Source: an uncultured virus (IMG/VR IMGVR_UViG_3300042154_002964)
Lineage: Duplodnaviria; Heunggongvirae; Uroviricota; Caudoviricetes
Strand: one strand, 5' to 3'
IMG/VR virus record: IMGVR_UViG_3300042154_002964
DNA: 64,000 nucleotides
Below the pieces are notes generated by a model, which did no database searches, was not told the DNA's origin, and saw only the letters and a program-made list of their open reading frames with translations. The translations under genes and the position numbers were made by a program. Of the stretch, positions 37,855 through 48,031 are shown piece after piece. Position 1 is the first letter of the stretch. The number at the start of each line of letters is the position of its first letter.

Positions 37855-38133
37855 ATGAAAAAAATTAAATGGTTCTTCACCGAATTTATGAATATGTATT
37901 CGGGGAAAAAGTCTTATTTCTCGAAAAAGAGAATTGAGTCAGGAATTGCGTTTGTTATCGCACAATGGGGGATGATATTCTTCTTATTAGAAAAACATTC
38001 AACATTAAGTATGGGTGAATTTGTTTTATGGGCAACAGTTGAATTTGCAGTGGCAGGTTGGATGGTTAATAAAATCCAAAAAGAAAAATCGACAAATTCG
38101 GAAAATACGGATGAAACTGAAAACCCTCAATAA
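37855..38133 (+). CDS. small two-TM membrane protein (holin-like candidate)
   Basis: Two hydrophobic helices and a charged C-terminus. Confidence 0.6.
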   Translation: MKKIKWFFTEFMNMYSGKKSYFSKKRIESGIAFVIAQWGMIFFLLEKHSTLSMGEFVLWATVEFAVAGWMVNKIQKEKSTNSENTDETENPQ

Positions 38134-38144
38134 AGAGGGTTTTT

Positions 38145-38669
38145 TTATTGTAAGAATGATAGGACTTTTTCCTTGATTCCGGATTGTTTAATACCTTCCT
38201 TCATTTTCTTAGTATGAACAAAGTTAGGTAACGCACTTAAATCTAAATCATCAATAACAACCCAATGAGTTACTTCAGGGTGGTTATTTAACCAATTGGT
38301 AATCTCAGTTACTCTGTTACTTTCTAAGTCACTCAATGTCTTTAAAACAACATTTGGTGTAAAATCAATTGGTGATTTACTCACACCATATACTTTGAAC
38401 ATATCTTGTAATTGTTCCAAAGTACAATGTAGTTTCCAATCAGATGATACAACAATCTCAGCGTCTGTTAATTCCAACACCTCATTCAATACTTTAACCG
38501 CTTTTGCGTTGAAGTTATCCATCTTGATATGTGCGGGAATTTGGGGGTCATTAACATACCCTTCACTTTCAGGGTTCGCCAATTTCCATTTTTTAATCTT
38601 TTTAATGCGTCCACCCCACTCGGTTGATAAACACATTACACCATCGTTATCTAAAAATATTACTTTCAT
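38145..38669 (-). CDS. HAD-family phosphatase (Swiss-army-knife RNA-repair type)
   Basis: IFLDNDGV, IVVSSDW, WVVIDD. Confidence 0.8.
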   Translation of the reverse strand: MKVIFLDNDGVMCLSTEWGGRIKKIKKWKLANPESEGYVNDPQIPAHIKMDNFNAKAVKVLNEVLELTDAEIVVSSDWKLHCTLEQLQDMFKVYGVSKSPIDFTPNVVLKTLSDLESNRVTEITNWLNNHPEVTHWVVIDDLDLSALPNFVHTKKMKEGIKQSGIKEKVLSFLQ

Positions 38670-38672
38670 AAG

Positions 38673-39158
38673 TTATTTAATTTGGTATGCGAAATAAATT
38701 TCTTTTCTCAATTTTATTGCGTCTTCGTAGTTACCGATAACAACACCATTTTTAATTGTGAATGCGTGACCTTTAACTATGATGAAAAATGTTCCTTCAG
38801 AGTATTTCTTAATGAATGTCCCTACCGTCATTTTTCTTTTAACGACCTCACCCTTTACTTTAACATCATAATGTAATCCCCCGTATACACCATAACCAAT
38901 CGGTTTAATTTTCTTGTAATTACAAGTATAACGTGCTTCGGACAATTTGTTAAGTGTTGCGAATGTACCACGAGTTCCTTGTCTTGGTTGTCTACCAAAT
39001 TTCTCAGTGATAATTTTCCACGCCTTGTCATAAGGAATGTCAAACGCTGATGCGAATGCTCTTACAACACAATCATTAGTTTCTGATTTAGCGATTTTTG
39101 ATTCATCATATCCTTTAATCGCTTTAGATGTTATTTCGTATGGGGCTTTCGTTTTCAT
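38673..39158 (-). CDS. hypothetical protein, possible papain-like Cys-His pair
   Basis: NDCVVRA...GHAF. Confidence 0.65.
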   Translation of the reverse strand: MKTKAPYEITSKAIKGYDESKIAKSETNDCVVRAFASAFDIPYDKAWKIITEKFGRQPRQGTRGTFATLNKLSEARYTCNYKKIKPIGYGVYGGLHYDVKVKGEVVKRKMTVGTFIKKYSEGTFFIIVKGHAFTIKNGVVIGNYEDAIKLRKEIYFAYQIK

Positions 39159-39226
39159 ATATCAAAGATACAAAAATTCCCCAAAGTGCAATAACCTTGG
39201 GGATAATTTTTTTTGAAAACTATTGA

Positions 39227-39430
39227 CTATTCGGAATCTTTTTCTTTCAGTTTCTTTTCTACCTCAACAATTTGGGCAAACCCACTAAATGCGAACATAC
39301 TTGAACAAGCCCAAGCAACCATTTCCCAGGTTGAGTTACGAGAAAGAGTCGCACAATATAACGATGTAAAACCACCAAGTAATAATGAATATTTATTAAC
39401 CACCCGCATTATCTTTTCAAACTTTTCCAT
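39227..39430 (-). CDS. small membrane protein
   Basis: 67 aa with two hydrophobic segments. Confidence 0.55.
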   Translation of the reverse strand: MEKFEKIMRVVNKYSLLLGGFTSLYCATLSRNSTWEMVAWACSSMFAFSGFAQIVEVEKKLKEKDSE

Positions 39431-39519
39431 ATCTAAATCTTTTTAACAAACATAAACTAAATTATTGATTATTTCAAAACAGATAACTAATTATTTGAAA
39501 AAAGTTTTATCTTTGTGAT

Positions 39520-39687
39520 ATGGCAAAAAAAGTAATAGAGACTGAACATAAGAAATGGGAGAGGGTATATGAGTTTGATGACTATACCACAATTTGGCGA
39601 TATGATAGCAAAAGGAGTTTAATTAATCCGGTTGAGGTTGAAATAAAATATAAGTCAGAAAGGAAAAAGTCGATTAAATCTGATTAA
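39520..39687 (+). CDS. small hypothetical protein (55 aa)
   Basis: Manual translation MAKKVIETEHKKWERVYE...; TATCTTTG immediately upstream. Confidence 0.6.
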   Translation: MAKKVIETEHKKWERVYEFDDYTTIWRYDSKRSLINPVEVEIKYKSERKKSIKSD

Positions 39688-40370
39688 CAATCTTTTGGAT
39701 TGTCTTTGGTGGCATATTTAACCCCCATAATAGTACCGACGATACTAAATGCGTTTGTTAATAGAATTCCGAACATATTACTCCAAGCCGGACCGATTGT
39801 ATTAACTTCCTTATTCATAATAATTGAGAAGATATACATCCCCGTAGTCACGATTGCTATGAATGCGATAACACCTAACGCAACTTTAACGATATTACCC
39901 ATCAATTCGGTTTGGGTTTTTTTCTGTAATAAATCTAAGTCAGTTAATGCGTTAGTCTTTGCGTGTTCAGCATCTTCTCTCGCCAACTCAGTTCGTTTCA
40001 TTTCATCCTGAAGTTCGTTTTGAATTCTTTCATTCTCTTCTTTCCAGGTAAGAAGTTCATTATTTTGACATTCAATTTGTTTTTTGGAATTCTCAACGTT
40101 ATCTAACGTAATTTGTAACTCGTCTAATATTCGAACATTTTCGGTATTTAACGATTCTAATTCCTTATTCTTATTTTGAATTTGTTTAGTTATATCTAAA
40201 CGTTTTTTTCGTGATTCTTTGTCTTTTTCAGTGCAAGTTTTAATATATTGTGAGAAGTCAGAATCCTCTTCAGCGTCAATTAATTTCAATAAGTTACCCT
40301 CAAGACCAATATTCTTGGTCTTGTAAAGGTCAATTAATTGTTTTTTTGTATTTGCACTAAACTTAATCAT
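39684..40370 (-). CDS. coiled-coil protein with two C-terminal TM helices
   Basis: Heptad-rich middle region; hydrophobic C-terminus; overlaps the response-regulator stop. Confidence 0.8.
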   Translation of the reverse strand: MIKFSANTKKQLIDLYKTKNIGLEGNLLKLIDAEEDSDFSQYIKTCTEKDKESRKKRLDITKQIQNKNKELESLNTENVRILDELQITLDNVENSKKQIECQNNELLTWKEENERIQNELQDEMKRTELAREDAEHAKTNALTDLDLLQKKTQTELMGNIVKVALGVIAFIAIVTTGMYIFSIIMNKEVNTIGPAWSNMFGILLTNAFSIVGTIMGVKYATKDNPKDC

Positions 40371-40804
40371 TTATACACTTTGAACTCAGCGGTTCTATTT
40401 TTGAAATTAGGGTAATCTTCTCTGAACTCTTCTAATCTTGGTTCAATCTCATCTGATTTGACCAACCAAAATTGTGCTCCGGCTTGTAACGCTTTTGCTT
40501 GTTCTGATGGTTCATTTGATGATGAAATAATTCCGATAACTACGTGGTTACCATATTCAAAATTAATCTTTCTCACTAACTCAATTCCGTCAAATGATGA
40601 ACCAATTATATTTAAATCAACAAATACACATTCAGGTTTTTCTGAGTTATTTCCTGAATCAAACCATTGTTTAAACATTCTTGCCGCCTCATCTGAGCTA
40701 TTAACAGATTTTAGTGATAAACTGATATCTAATAACGAACAAGCGTCTTCAAATACTAAGTGGAATAAATCCTCGTCATCGACTAATAATATAGATTCTA
40801 TCAT
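40367..40804 (-). CDS. single-domain response regulator
   Basis: LLVDDE, FVDLN (phospho-Asp), DGIEL, ISSS, LVK. Confidence 0.9.
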   Translation of the reverse strand: MIESILLVDDEDLFHLVFEDACSLLDISLSLKSVNSSDEAARMFKQWFDSGNNSEKPECVFVDLNIIGSSFDGIELVRKINFEYGNHVVIGIISSSNEPSEQAKALQAGAQFWLVKSDEIEPRLEEFREDYPNFKNRTAEFKVYK

Positions 40805-40854
40805 TTTTTAAATTTTATAACAATAAATACTTTACTTTTAAAAGTAATTTGGAT

Positions 40855-42993
40855 TCACCTCAATTTTATTTTCATTTTTGTACCTGTTTCATTTTTTTCA
40901 CAAGTAATGGTAAAACCGTGTTCGTGTAAAATTGCGATACAAATATTCAACCCCAAACCTGTTCCTGATTCTTTTTGACCTTCTTTTCTATGATATGGTT
41001 GTGATAGGTATTCGAATTCTGATTGAGTCATACCACGACCATTGTCCTGTAATGCTAAGTGGTTTTCGTCTTCCATATAGACCGCAACCACCTTATTATC
41101 CGAATCGTTATATTTTAAACCATTACGAATTAAATTATCAATTGCCGTACAAAATAGAGGTTCATTAACATCCAATGTTGGTAACCAATCAATTGCAACT
41201 TGACTTGAATATGCGGTGGATGTTAAGTATGAGTTTAAGATGTCTCTTAGATTTAAATTTTCTTTTGTTAATACAACATCTTGTTTAACTAAATTTGTAA
41301 ATTCATAAACTCCCTTATAAACTTTCTGTGTATGTTTTAAACCTTCCTTCAACATTTTAAGTGGGGCTTCCAATTTTAATGTTTCAATATCTTCAGGTTT
41401 TAATCTTCGTTCTAACGAACTAATTCCTCTTGGGATGTATGTGTTTATCCCTGAGTGCATATCGTGTCTTAGAATCTTCGCAGCGTGTTCTAAATATGTG
41501 TTTTTCTTTTCTATCTCTCTCTTTTGTTCATAAGAAGTTGTAATGTCTGTTGAAATTTTCATAACACGATAAACCTTACCATCAACACTAAGAATTGGGT
41601 TGTAAGTTGCTTGTAAATAAACTAAAGAACCATCTTTTTTAATTCTAATAATTTCACCTGAAAATGATAAACCATCTTTTAATTTTTCCCAAAAAATACG
41701 ATACTCGTCACTTTTTGAATATTCTTCATCCACAAAAATTCTATGATGATTTCCAATTACTTCAGCATTAGATGAATATCCCATAGTTTCTAAGAACAAA
41801 TTATTGGCAAAAACGATATTACCTTCTAAATCAAATTCAATAACCGCATTAGATTTATTAATAGCATTCATTCTATTATGAATTTCTACTTCCTTTTTTT
41901 TAAGTTCAGTAACGTCTTGTCTAATTGACGTATAACCTTTTACTTTACCGCTATCACTATCAAAATCGGCTTTAATATAGGTGTCAACCCAATATAATTC
42001 ACCTTCTTTATTTTTATTGATAACTAAGTCATTCCAAATCCCACCTTTTTTAACGGTCTTATACATATTAGCCCAAAATTTCTTATCGTGAATTCCCGAA
42101 TTAACAATATTATGGTCTTTACCTAAACACTCATCAAGACTCCAACCTGAAACATCTTCAAATTTTTTATTAACGTAAACAATTTTACCTCTTTTATCTG
42201 TTTTACTGACCAAGACTGATGAGTCCACAAAATGTTCAAACTCACCTAATTCATTTTTAAGTTCATTACCTTCTTGAACTGAATAAGCAAATGAAAATAA
42301 TGACGATAACATTTCGGCAAAATTTACTTCCACTTTATGCCATTCCCTAACCGTATAACTTTCAATACATATTACACCAATTACTTCACCTTTATAAACG
42401 ATTGGAACGTCAAGCATTGCTCTAACACCTAATGGGTCTGAATAAGTTTCTTTAAAACATTGTGTTGATGGATGTAAATTAACATCATTTGCAATTATAA
42501 TCGGATTTGTTTTAAGTCCATTGAAGTATGGTTTATAATCTTTTTCAAAAATCTCAATCCCGTTAACCCATTCACCTGTTTTTTTCTCATATAATTGTTC
42601 ACACACAATACTTGTTTTTTTCTGGTTATATAACCAAATTGAACATCTATCGGCACATACGCTATTTGTAACTTCTTTAGTTAATAATTTAGCACCTTCA
42701 TTAACATTTCCCTCATAAAATAAATGATTGTGTGTTTGTGATATTAAAGTTTCATTTAAATTTCTTGCGTAATAATTCAATTTAATTGATTCTTTATTTT
42801 TTTTCACATAATCATAAATTATTTTGAAAAATAGGGGGATAAATAAAACAAAACAGATAAATTCAACCCACATTACTGAATTACATAGGGGTAGAATATT
42901 AAACACCACTAAAAGTTTTATTATCAAAAACATTGTCATCACAACGACTGAGGTATAAAAAGAATATCGTGTGTTTTTTTCTAGTGATATCAT
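40855..42993 (-). CDS. membrane GAF-PAS-PAS sensor histidine kinase
   Basis: Two N-terminal TM helices; GAF (ADRCSIW...LDVPI); two PAS domains; H-box LRHDMH, N-box NLIRNGLKY, DNGRG, GTGLGL. Confidence 0.92.
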   Translation of the reverse strand: MISLEKNTRYSFYTSVVVMTMFLIIKLLVVFNILPLCNSVMWVEFICFVLFIPLFFKIIYDYVKKNKESIKLNYYARNLNETLISQTHNHLFYEGNVNEGAKLLTKEVTNSVCADRCSIWLYNQKKTSIVCEQLYEKKTGEWVNGIEIFEKDYKPYFNGLKTNPIIIANDVNLHPSTQCFKETYSDPLGVRAMLDVPIVYKGEVIGVICIESYTVREWHKVEVNFAEMLSSLFSFAYSVQEGNELKNELGEFEHFVDSSVLVSKTDKRGKIVYVNKKFEDVSGWSLDECLGKDHNIVNSGIHDKKFWANMYKTVKKGGIWNDLVINKNKEGELYWVDTYIKADFDSDSGKVKGYTSIRQDVTELKKKEVEIHNRMNAINKSNAVIEFDLEGNIVFANNLFLETMGYSSNAEVIGNHHRIFVDEEYSKSDEYRIFWEKLKDGLSFSGEIIRIKKDGSLVYLQATYNPILSVDGKVYRVMKISTDITTSYEQKREIEKKNTYLEHAAKILRHDMHSGINTYIPRGISSLERRLKPEDIETLKLEAPLKMLKEGLKHTQKVYKGVYEFTNLVKQDVVLTKENLNLRDILNSYLTSTAYSSQVAIDWLPTLDVNEPLFCTAIDNLIRNGLKYNDSDNKVVAVYMEDENHLALQDNGRGMTQSEFEYLSQPYHRKEGQKESGTGLGLNICIAILHEHGFTITCEKNETGTKMKIKLR

Positions 42994-43076
42994 AATTAAC
43001 TATTTACTTTATAAATATCTTAAAAACAAAAAACCCCCAACTTAAAGAAGGGGGTTAACAAATAAATAAACCTTAA

Positions 43077-43601
43077 TTAATCGACTTTGGTAAACTGAAC
43101 ACTAACGTTTAAGATAACATCATCAGAGACTAAGAGACCTCCTTTATCTGTTACCGCATTAAATGATAAACCAAACTCAGAACGTTTAATAGTACCACCT
43201 AATTCAAAACCATATTTTGTATTACCGTAGAAATCCACATCATTACCATTGTAGTTACCAACTAAAGAAACTTCTTTTTCAACTCCGTGAATATTAATTA
43301 ATCCTTTAATTTGATACTCATTATCGTTTTTAGTAATCTCAGTTGATTTGAACGTCAATTTAGGAAAATTCTCAGCATCAAAGAAGTCGGCAGATTTTAA
43401 GTGATTATCACGGTCGGCAATACTTGTTGTGATTGAATCAACATTCGCATCAAATGAAATTTGTGCATCTGTAAAATCATCTGAATCTGAAATCATTTCA
43501 GCTTCAAAATCTGTAAAACGACCTGTAACGGTGGAAATCATTAAATGTTTCACTTTAAACTCAATCTCTGAGTGTAATTTATCAATAATAAATTTTGACA
43601 T
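43077..43601 (-). CDS. yceI: YceI-family lipid/polyisoprenoid-binding protein
   Basis: IDKLHSEIEFKVKHLMIS...RDNHLKSADFFD...RSEFGL. Confidence 0.9.
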   Translation of the reverse strand: MSKFIIDKLHSEIEFKVKHLMISTVTGRFTDFEAEMISDSDDFTDAQISFDANVDSITTSIADRDNHLKSADFFDAENFPKLTFKSTEITKNDNEYQIKGLINIHGVEKEVSLVGNYNGNDVDFYGNTKYGFELGGTIKRSEFGLSFNAVTDKGGLLVSDDVILNVSVQFTKVD

Positions 43602-43672
43602 ACTAAATATTTTTTTTTATGTCTAATTAATAGGGATTAAAAATGTATTTATCAATATAAAAATTAAATATT

Positions 43673-44476
43673 ATGATAAAAATTGGTTCGAAAGGTGAGG
43701 ACGTGAAAAAATTACAAGTAAAATTAGGTTTAACACCTGATGGTAACTTTGGTCCCAACACAGAAAAGGCCGTTAAAGAATGGCAAACAAAAAATGGTTT
43801 AACACCTGATGGTATTGTTGGGGAAAAATCATTAACCCTATTAGGTATTACCTCAGTGGTAACACCAACATCTAATTCGATTGACTTGTCAAAATTAAAA
43901 GGACATATTCCTGATTCAGTGTTAGAACAAATACCGGAGGTTCGACTAAGGTTCAATTGTAACTCAGTTTTAAGATTATGTCATTTCTTGGCTCAATGTC
44001 ATCACGAGTCAGGAGGGTTTAAAGCGGTCTCTGAAAATTTAAACTATTCATCAAAAGGTCTTAAAAATACATTTGGTAAATATTTTCCAGGTAACTTATC
44101 AGAATCTTATGCAAAACAACCTGAAAAAATCGCATCAAGAGTTTATAGTAGTAGAATGGGGAATGGTGACGAATCAAGTCAAGAAGGTTGGAAATACCGT
44201 GGCCGAGGTTACATCCAATTAACCGGAAAACAAAATTATAGTAAGTTCACATCATTTATTGGTGAGGATTGTATCGGTAATCCTGATTTGGTTGCTAACA
44301 AATATCCGTTGGCATCTGCGGCATTTTTCTTTGATTCTAATAAACTATGGTCAATTTGTGATTTAGGTGCAACTGATGATGTTGTTACTAAAGTTACCAA
44401 ACGTGTTAACGGAGGAACAATTGGATTATCTGACCGTATCAAACATTTTAAAGAATACCATTCATTATTAAAATAA
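43673..44476 (+). CDS. endolysin: peptidoglycan-binding domain plus GH19
   Basis: GSKGEDVKKLQ...DGIVG; HFLAQCHHESGGF, ENLNYS, YRGRGYIQLTG, VNGG. Confidence 0.92.
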   Translation: MIKIGSKGEDVKKLQVKLGLTPDGNFGPNTEKAVKEWQTKNGLTPDGIVGEKSLTLLGITSVVTPTSNSIDLSKLKGHIPDSVLEQIPEVRLRFNCNSVLRLCHFLAQCHHESGGFKAVSENLNYSSKGLKNTFGKYFPGNLSESYAKQPEKIASRVYSSRMGNGDESSQEGWKYRGRGYIQLTGKQNYSKFTSFIGEDCIGNPDLVANKYPLASAAFFFDSNKLWSICDLGATDDVVTKVTKRVNGGTIGLSDRIKHFKEYHSLLK

Positions 44477-44502
44477 ATCAATTAATATTTATGGTAAATT
44501 AA

Positions 44503-45174
44503 ATGATGAAAGAACGAATAGCTGGAATAGCGTCATTACCTGACAGAGTTGATTGTTTAGAAGATACTGTCAATAGTTTATATGACCAAGTTGATAGGAT
44601 TGTTGTTGGATTGAATAATTATACTGAAATTCCTGAATTTTTAAAAATGAAGAAGATTGATGCTTATTTACTTGACAATAGTTTAGGTGATGCTGCAAAA
44701 TTTTATAAAATTGACGATTTCCCAAATCATTATTATTTTTCTTGTGATGATGATATTATATATCCAAATAACTATTGTGATGTCTTAATTGAAAAATGTG
44801 AAAAATATAAATCAATTGTTGGGTTACACGGGGTTATTTTAAGAAAACCTGTTACAAGTTATTATAAAAACAGAACCGTTTATCATTGTCTAAAACCATT
44901 AAATCGAGATATTGAAGTTGATTTACTTGGTAGTGGTGCTTGTTTAATTGACACCTCAATGCTGAAAATAAGTATCAATGATTTTCCAATTCCAAATATG
45001 GGTGATATTTGGTTAGGGGATTTATGTAAAAAACAGAATATAACATCATATACCATTGAAAGAGGTGATAATTGGTTATTATATAATGAAAAAATGAATA
45101 ATAAATGGACAATATTTGACGATTTTAAATCGAAAAAAGATATTGAACAAACCAAAATAGTTTCAAAATGGTAA
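44503..45174 (+). CDS. glycosyltransferase (GT-A fold)
   Basis: SLPDR...SLYDQVD, GDAAKF, CDDDIIYP. Confidence 0.75.
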   Translation: MMKERIAGIASLPDRVDCLEDTVNSLYDQVDRIVVGLNNYTEIPEFLKMKKIDAYLLDNSLGDAAKFYKIDDFPNHYYFSCDDDIIYPNNYCDVLIEKCEKYKSIVGLHGVILRKPVTSYYKNRTVYHCLKPLNRDIEVDLLGSGACLIDTSMLKISINDFPIPNMGDIWLGDLCKKQNITSYTIERGDNWLLYNEKMNNKWTIFDDFKSKKDIEQTKIVSKW

Positions 45175-45857
45175 AGACAACAATTAAATACAATAATACT
45201 AATATCATATTTGAAGGATTATTTGATAGTGACCATATCTATCGACACTTAAACATAACTAATAATTTTTACGAATTAAAATTATTGGAGAAAATTAAAT
45301 CTTTAAACCTTAAAGGGACTTATGTTGATGTTGGAGCAAATATAGGTAATCACACCCTATTTTTTTCTAAGTTTTGCCCATCTGACAAAGTAGTTTCAAT
45401 TGAGTTATCTCAAAACATTTTTAACACATTAAAACGAAACGTCACTGAAAATAACAATCTTCAAAATGTTGAGGTGATTAATGTTGGTGTCGGTGAAAAA
45501 TATAAAACAGTAACAATTTCAGATATGGATGTTACTAATGTTGGTATGACAAAAATAACCGGTGATGGGGGTGACATAATTGTTGACACGCTTGACAATC
45601 TATTACAAAATGAATCTAACATTTCAATAATTAAATTAGATGTTGAGGGTTATGAAAAAAACGCATTAATAGGTGCTAAAGAAATAATTAAAAAACATTC
45701 CCCAATAATAATCGCCGAACTTAAAGACGATAAGGAATTTAACGAGTTTAAAGAAATTGCTGATGAAATAGGGTATGAGACCGATAAAGTCAATTACGCA
45801 TCAACCCCAACTTATATTTGGGTTAAAAAAAAAAAGATTATAAATTCGTTTATATAA
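45168..45857 (+). CDS. FkbM-family methyltransferase
   Basis: VDVGANIGNH, IKLDVEGYE; ends just after an A11 tract. Confidence 0.88.
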   Translation: MVKTTIKYNNTNIIFEGLFDSDHIYRHLNITNNFYELKLLEKIKSLNLKGTYVDVGANIGNHTLFFSKFCPSDKVVSIELSQNIFNTLKRNVTENNNLQNVEVINVGVGEKYKTVTISDMDVTNVGMTKITGDGGDIIVDTLDNLLQNESNISIIKLDVEGYEKNALIGAKEIIKKHSPIIIAELKDDKEFNEFKEIADEIGYETDKVNYASTPTYIWVKKKKIINSFI

Positions 45858-47065
45858 TACCATCATACGAAAGGTATGTTAAAGTTAAAAATCTAATTGA
45901 CGGTATTTTATCCCAAACTGAGGATTGTTTAATAATTTTATTAGACGATGGGTCCAAAGATGTTAGATACAATGAATTTAAAACCTACAATAATTTAGTT
46001 TATCTAAAAAATCCAACTAACAACGGTAAAGATAATTTTTGGAAAACTGTAAATAAGTTGTTGGATGAAATGTCCAAATACACATTTAAATATGGTGTAA
46101 TGACCGGTGATGATTTTGAATTGGTGGAGAATTATCAGTCAAGATTATTAAGTTATATTAATGACTCTGATATTGTTAGGTTATTTACACAAACAAGTGT
46201 TACAACCACAAATTGGGGTTATGTGAATTGGATTGATGGGGCGTTTTGTGCACCTTACTCGTTCTTTAAACGAATTAACTTTGAGTTATTTCCAATCATA
46301 AAAAGACGTAATCAGATGTCGTCAGGTGTTGGACAACAAATGAGCCAACGACTAAATAGTTTAAAATTTAGTGTTAAAAATTATGGGTCATTAATTATTC
46401 ATAATGGAAATGATGATTCAAAAATGCACCCAACTTTAAGAAAACGTCAACCATTAGAAACTGATTTGACCAACATAGAATTTGAAATTCAGAAATTAAT
46501 GATAAGTACATCAGTTACCTCTGAAAATGTTGAGATACCCGTAACTAATGTAAATGTTAAAACATTATCCTCAGAAAACGTTTTAGATATTTTAAAATTA
46601 AAAAACCATATCCCTGATTCGATATTACTACAATTACCAATTATTATTAATAGATTCAATTGTAATACAATTATACGATTATCACATTTATTATCTCAAT
46701 GCCACTATAACACAAATGGTTTTAATAAAGAGGTGGTACGTGAAAAACCTAACACCAAAATAATAAATAGAAAAACATTTAATCAAAAAGTATTTAACCA
46801 CCTTCAAATATTGACTGAAAAAGATTATATTATATTTGGTAAAAAAATTGGTAAAAATTTGGTTGATAACCCAAGTTTGGTAGAATTAAAATATTCGTTA
46901 GTTGCATCCGCTTATATTTTTGACGTTAAAAATTTATGGTCTATTTGTGATTTTGGAATTAATGAATTGGTTGTTGGGAAATTAACTAAACGTATATATG
47001 AGGATTCAAAAAGTGTATCAGATAGGTATATGTTATTTAAAAAATATTATAACATCTTAAAATAA
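45836..47065 (+). CDS. GT2 glycosyltransferase plus degenerate GH19 domain (reached by -1 shift from FkbM)
   Basis: Frame open from 45836 without ATG: FVYIIPSYER...LLDDGSKD...NNGK; C-terminus paralogous to the endolysin GH19. Confidence 0.75.
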   Translation, partial: DYKFVYIIPSYERYVKVKNLIDGILSQTEDCLIILLDDGSKDVRYNEFKTYNNLVYLKNPTNNGKDNFWKTVNKLLDEMSKYTFKYGVMTGDDFELVENYQSRLLSYINDSDIVRLFTQTSVTTTNWGYVNWIDGAFCAPYSFFKRINFELFPIIKRRNQMSSGVGQQMSQRLNSLKFSVKNYGSLIIHNGNDDSKMHPTLRKRQPLETDLTNIEFEIQKLMISTSVTSENVEIPVTNVNVKTLSSENVLDILKLKNHIPDSILLQLPIIINRFNCNTIIRLSHLLSQCHYNTNGFNKEVVREKPNTKIINRKTFNQKVFNHLQILTEKDYIIFGKKIGKNLVDNPSLVELKYSLVASAYIFDVKNLWSICDFGINELVVGKLTKRIYEDSKSVSDRYMLFKKYYNILK

Positions 47066-47103
47066 GAAAACCCCCAATCACTTGGGGGTTTTTTGATTTA
47101 GGG

Positions 47104-47802
47104 TTAGAATGTAATCTCATTGGTAATTGGGTCCCATTCAAAGGTCCAAGGTGTTTGAGAGTATAAGTAACGCTCATTTAACAAGGACGCATTAAAGTAG
47201 TGAGTGTGTCCGTCGAAGTAGTGACCATAACCGGTGTGGATGTGACCACAAACGTGGATTTTTGGTTTAATCAATTTAATTCTGTCCGCTAATAATTCAC
47301 AACCTAAGTGTTCACCTCGGCGACCTTCAACATCATCAAGAAATCCGTAAGCCGGTCCGTGAGTTACCAAGATATCTGTAGTGTCAGGAATCGCATCCCA
47401 TTTAGCAAATAATTCAGGACCTTTTTTAGGTAGATTAAAAGCCCAATCATAAAACTCAGGTTGCCAAGGAGAACCATAGATGTTAACTAATGGACCATCA
47501 CCATCTTGGATAGTGATTGTTTCGTCTTGGATGTAATCAATTGTTTTATAACCTGTTAAGTTACCCTTAACTTTTTCTGCGTTGTTTTGAAATCCCCAAT
47601 CGTGATTACCGGCAATGTATATTTTGTGGGTATAATTAAGACCATCAAACCATTTTGCAAATTCAGTTATTTCGTGTTCATACCCCATTGAGGATATATC
47701 ACCCGCGTGGATTAATAAATCACCACCAGGTAAATCACCCAATGAATTATTGTGTACGTGTTTATGTTTGTTGTGCGTATCACTTATTAATGTTACTTTC
47801 AT
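47104..47802 (-). CDS. metallophosphoesterase
   Basis: ISDTH, HAGD, AGNHD, THGP, GHIH. Confidence 0.9.
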   Translation of the reverse strand: MKVTLISDTHNKHKHVHNNSLGDLPGGDLLIHAGDISSMGYEHEITEFAKWFDGLNYTHKIYIAGNHDWGFQNNAEKVKGNLTGYKTIDYIQDETITIQDGDGPLVNIYGSPWQPEFYDWAFNLPKKGPELFAKWDAIPDTTDILVTHGPAYGFLDDVEGRRGEHLGCELLADRIKLIKPKIHVCGHIHTGYGHYFDGHTHYFNASLLNERYLYSQTPWTFEWDPITNEITF

Positions 47803-47849
47803 ATCGTATAATTTTTTATAAAGTTAATCTTTTTATTTGAATTGCAAAA

Positions 47850-48020
47850 TTATCTTTCAATATTTGAAATTTCAGTGTTATCAATTCTCACAAAACTACA
47901 TTCTGAAAAATCAACACCGTCACTCCAAAAACAATTCCCATCCCAAAAATAAATACCCCATTTGTCGATACTATCTTCTGTCTTATGATTAAGTCCCCAA
48001 TAATATCCAATTTCTCTCAT
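47850..48020 (-). CDS. small hypothetical protein (56 aa)
   Basis: Manual translation MREIGYYWG...WDGNCFW... Confidence 0.55.
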   Translation of the reverse strand: MREIGYYWGLNHKTEDSIDKWGIYFWDGNCFWSDGVDFSECSFVRIDNTEISNIER

Positions 48021-48031
48021 TTTGTTTGTTT

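Noticed and set aside
46058..47065. Independent gene starting at TTG 46058
   Set aside because: It would truncate the GT2 N-terminal motifs encoded in frame from 45836
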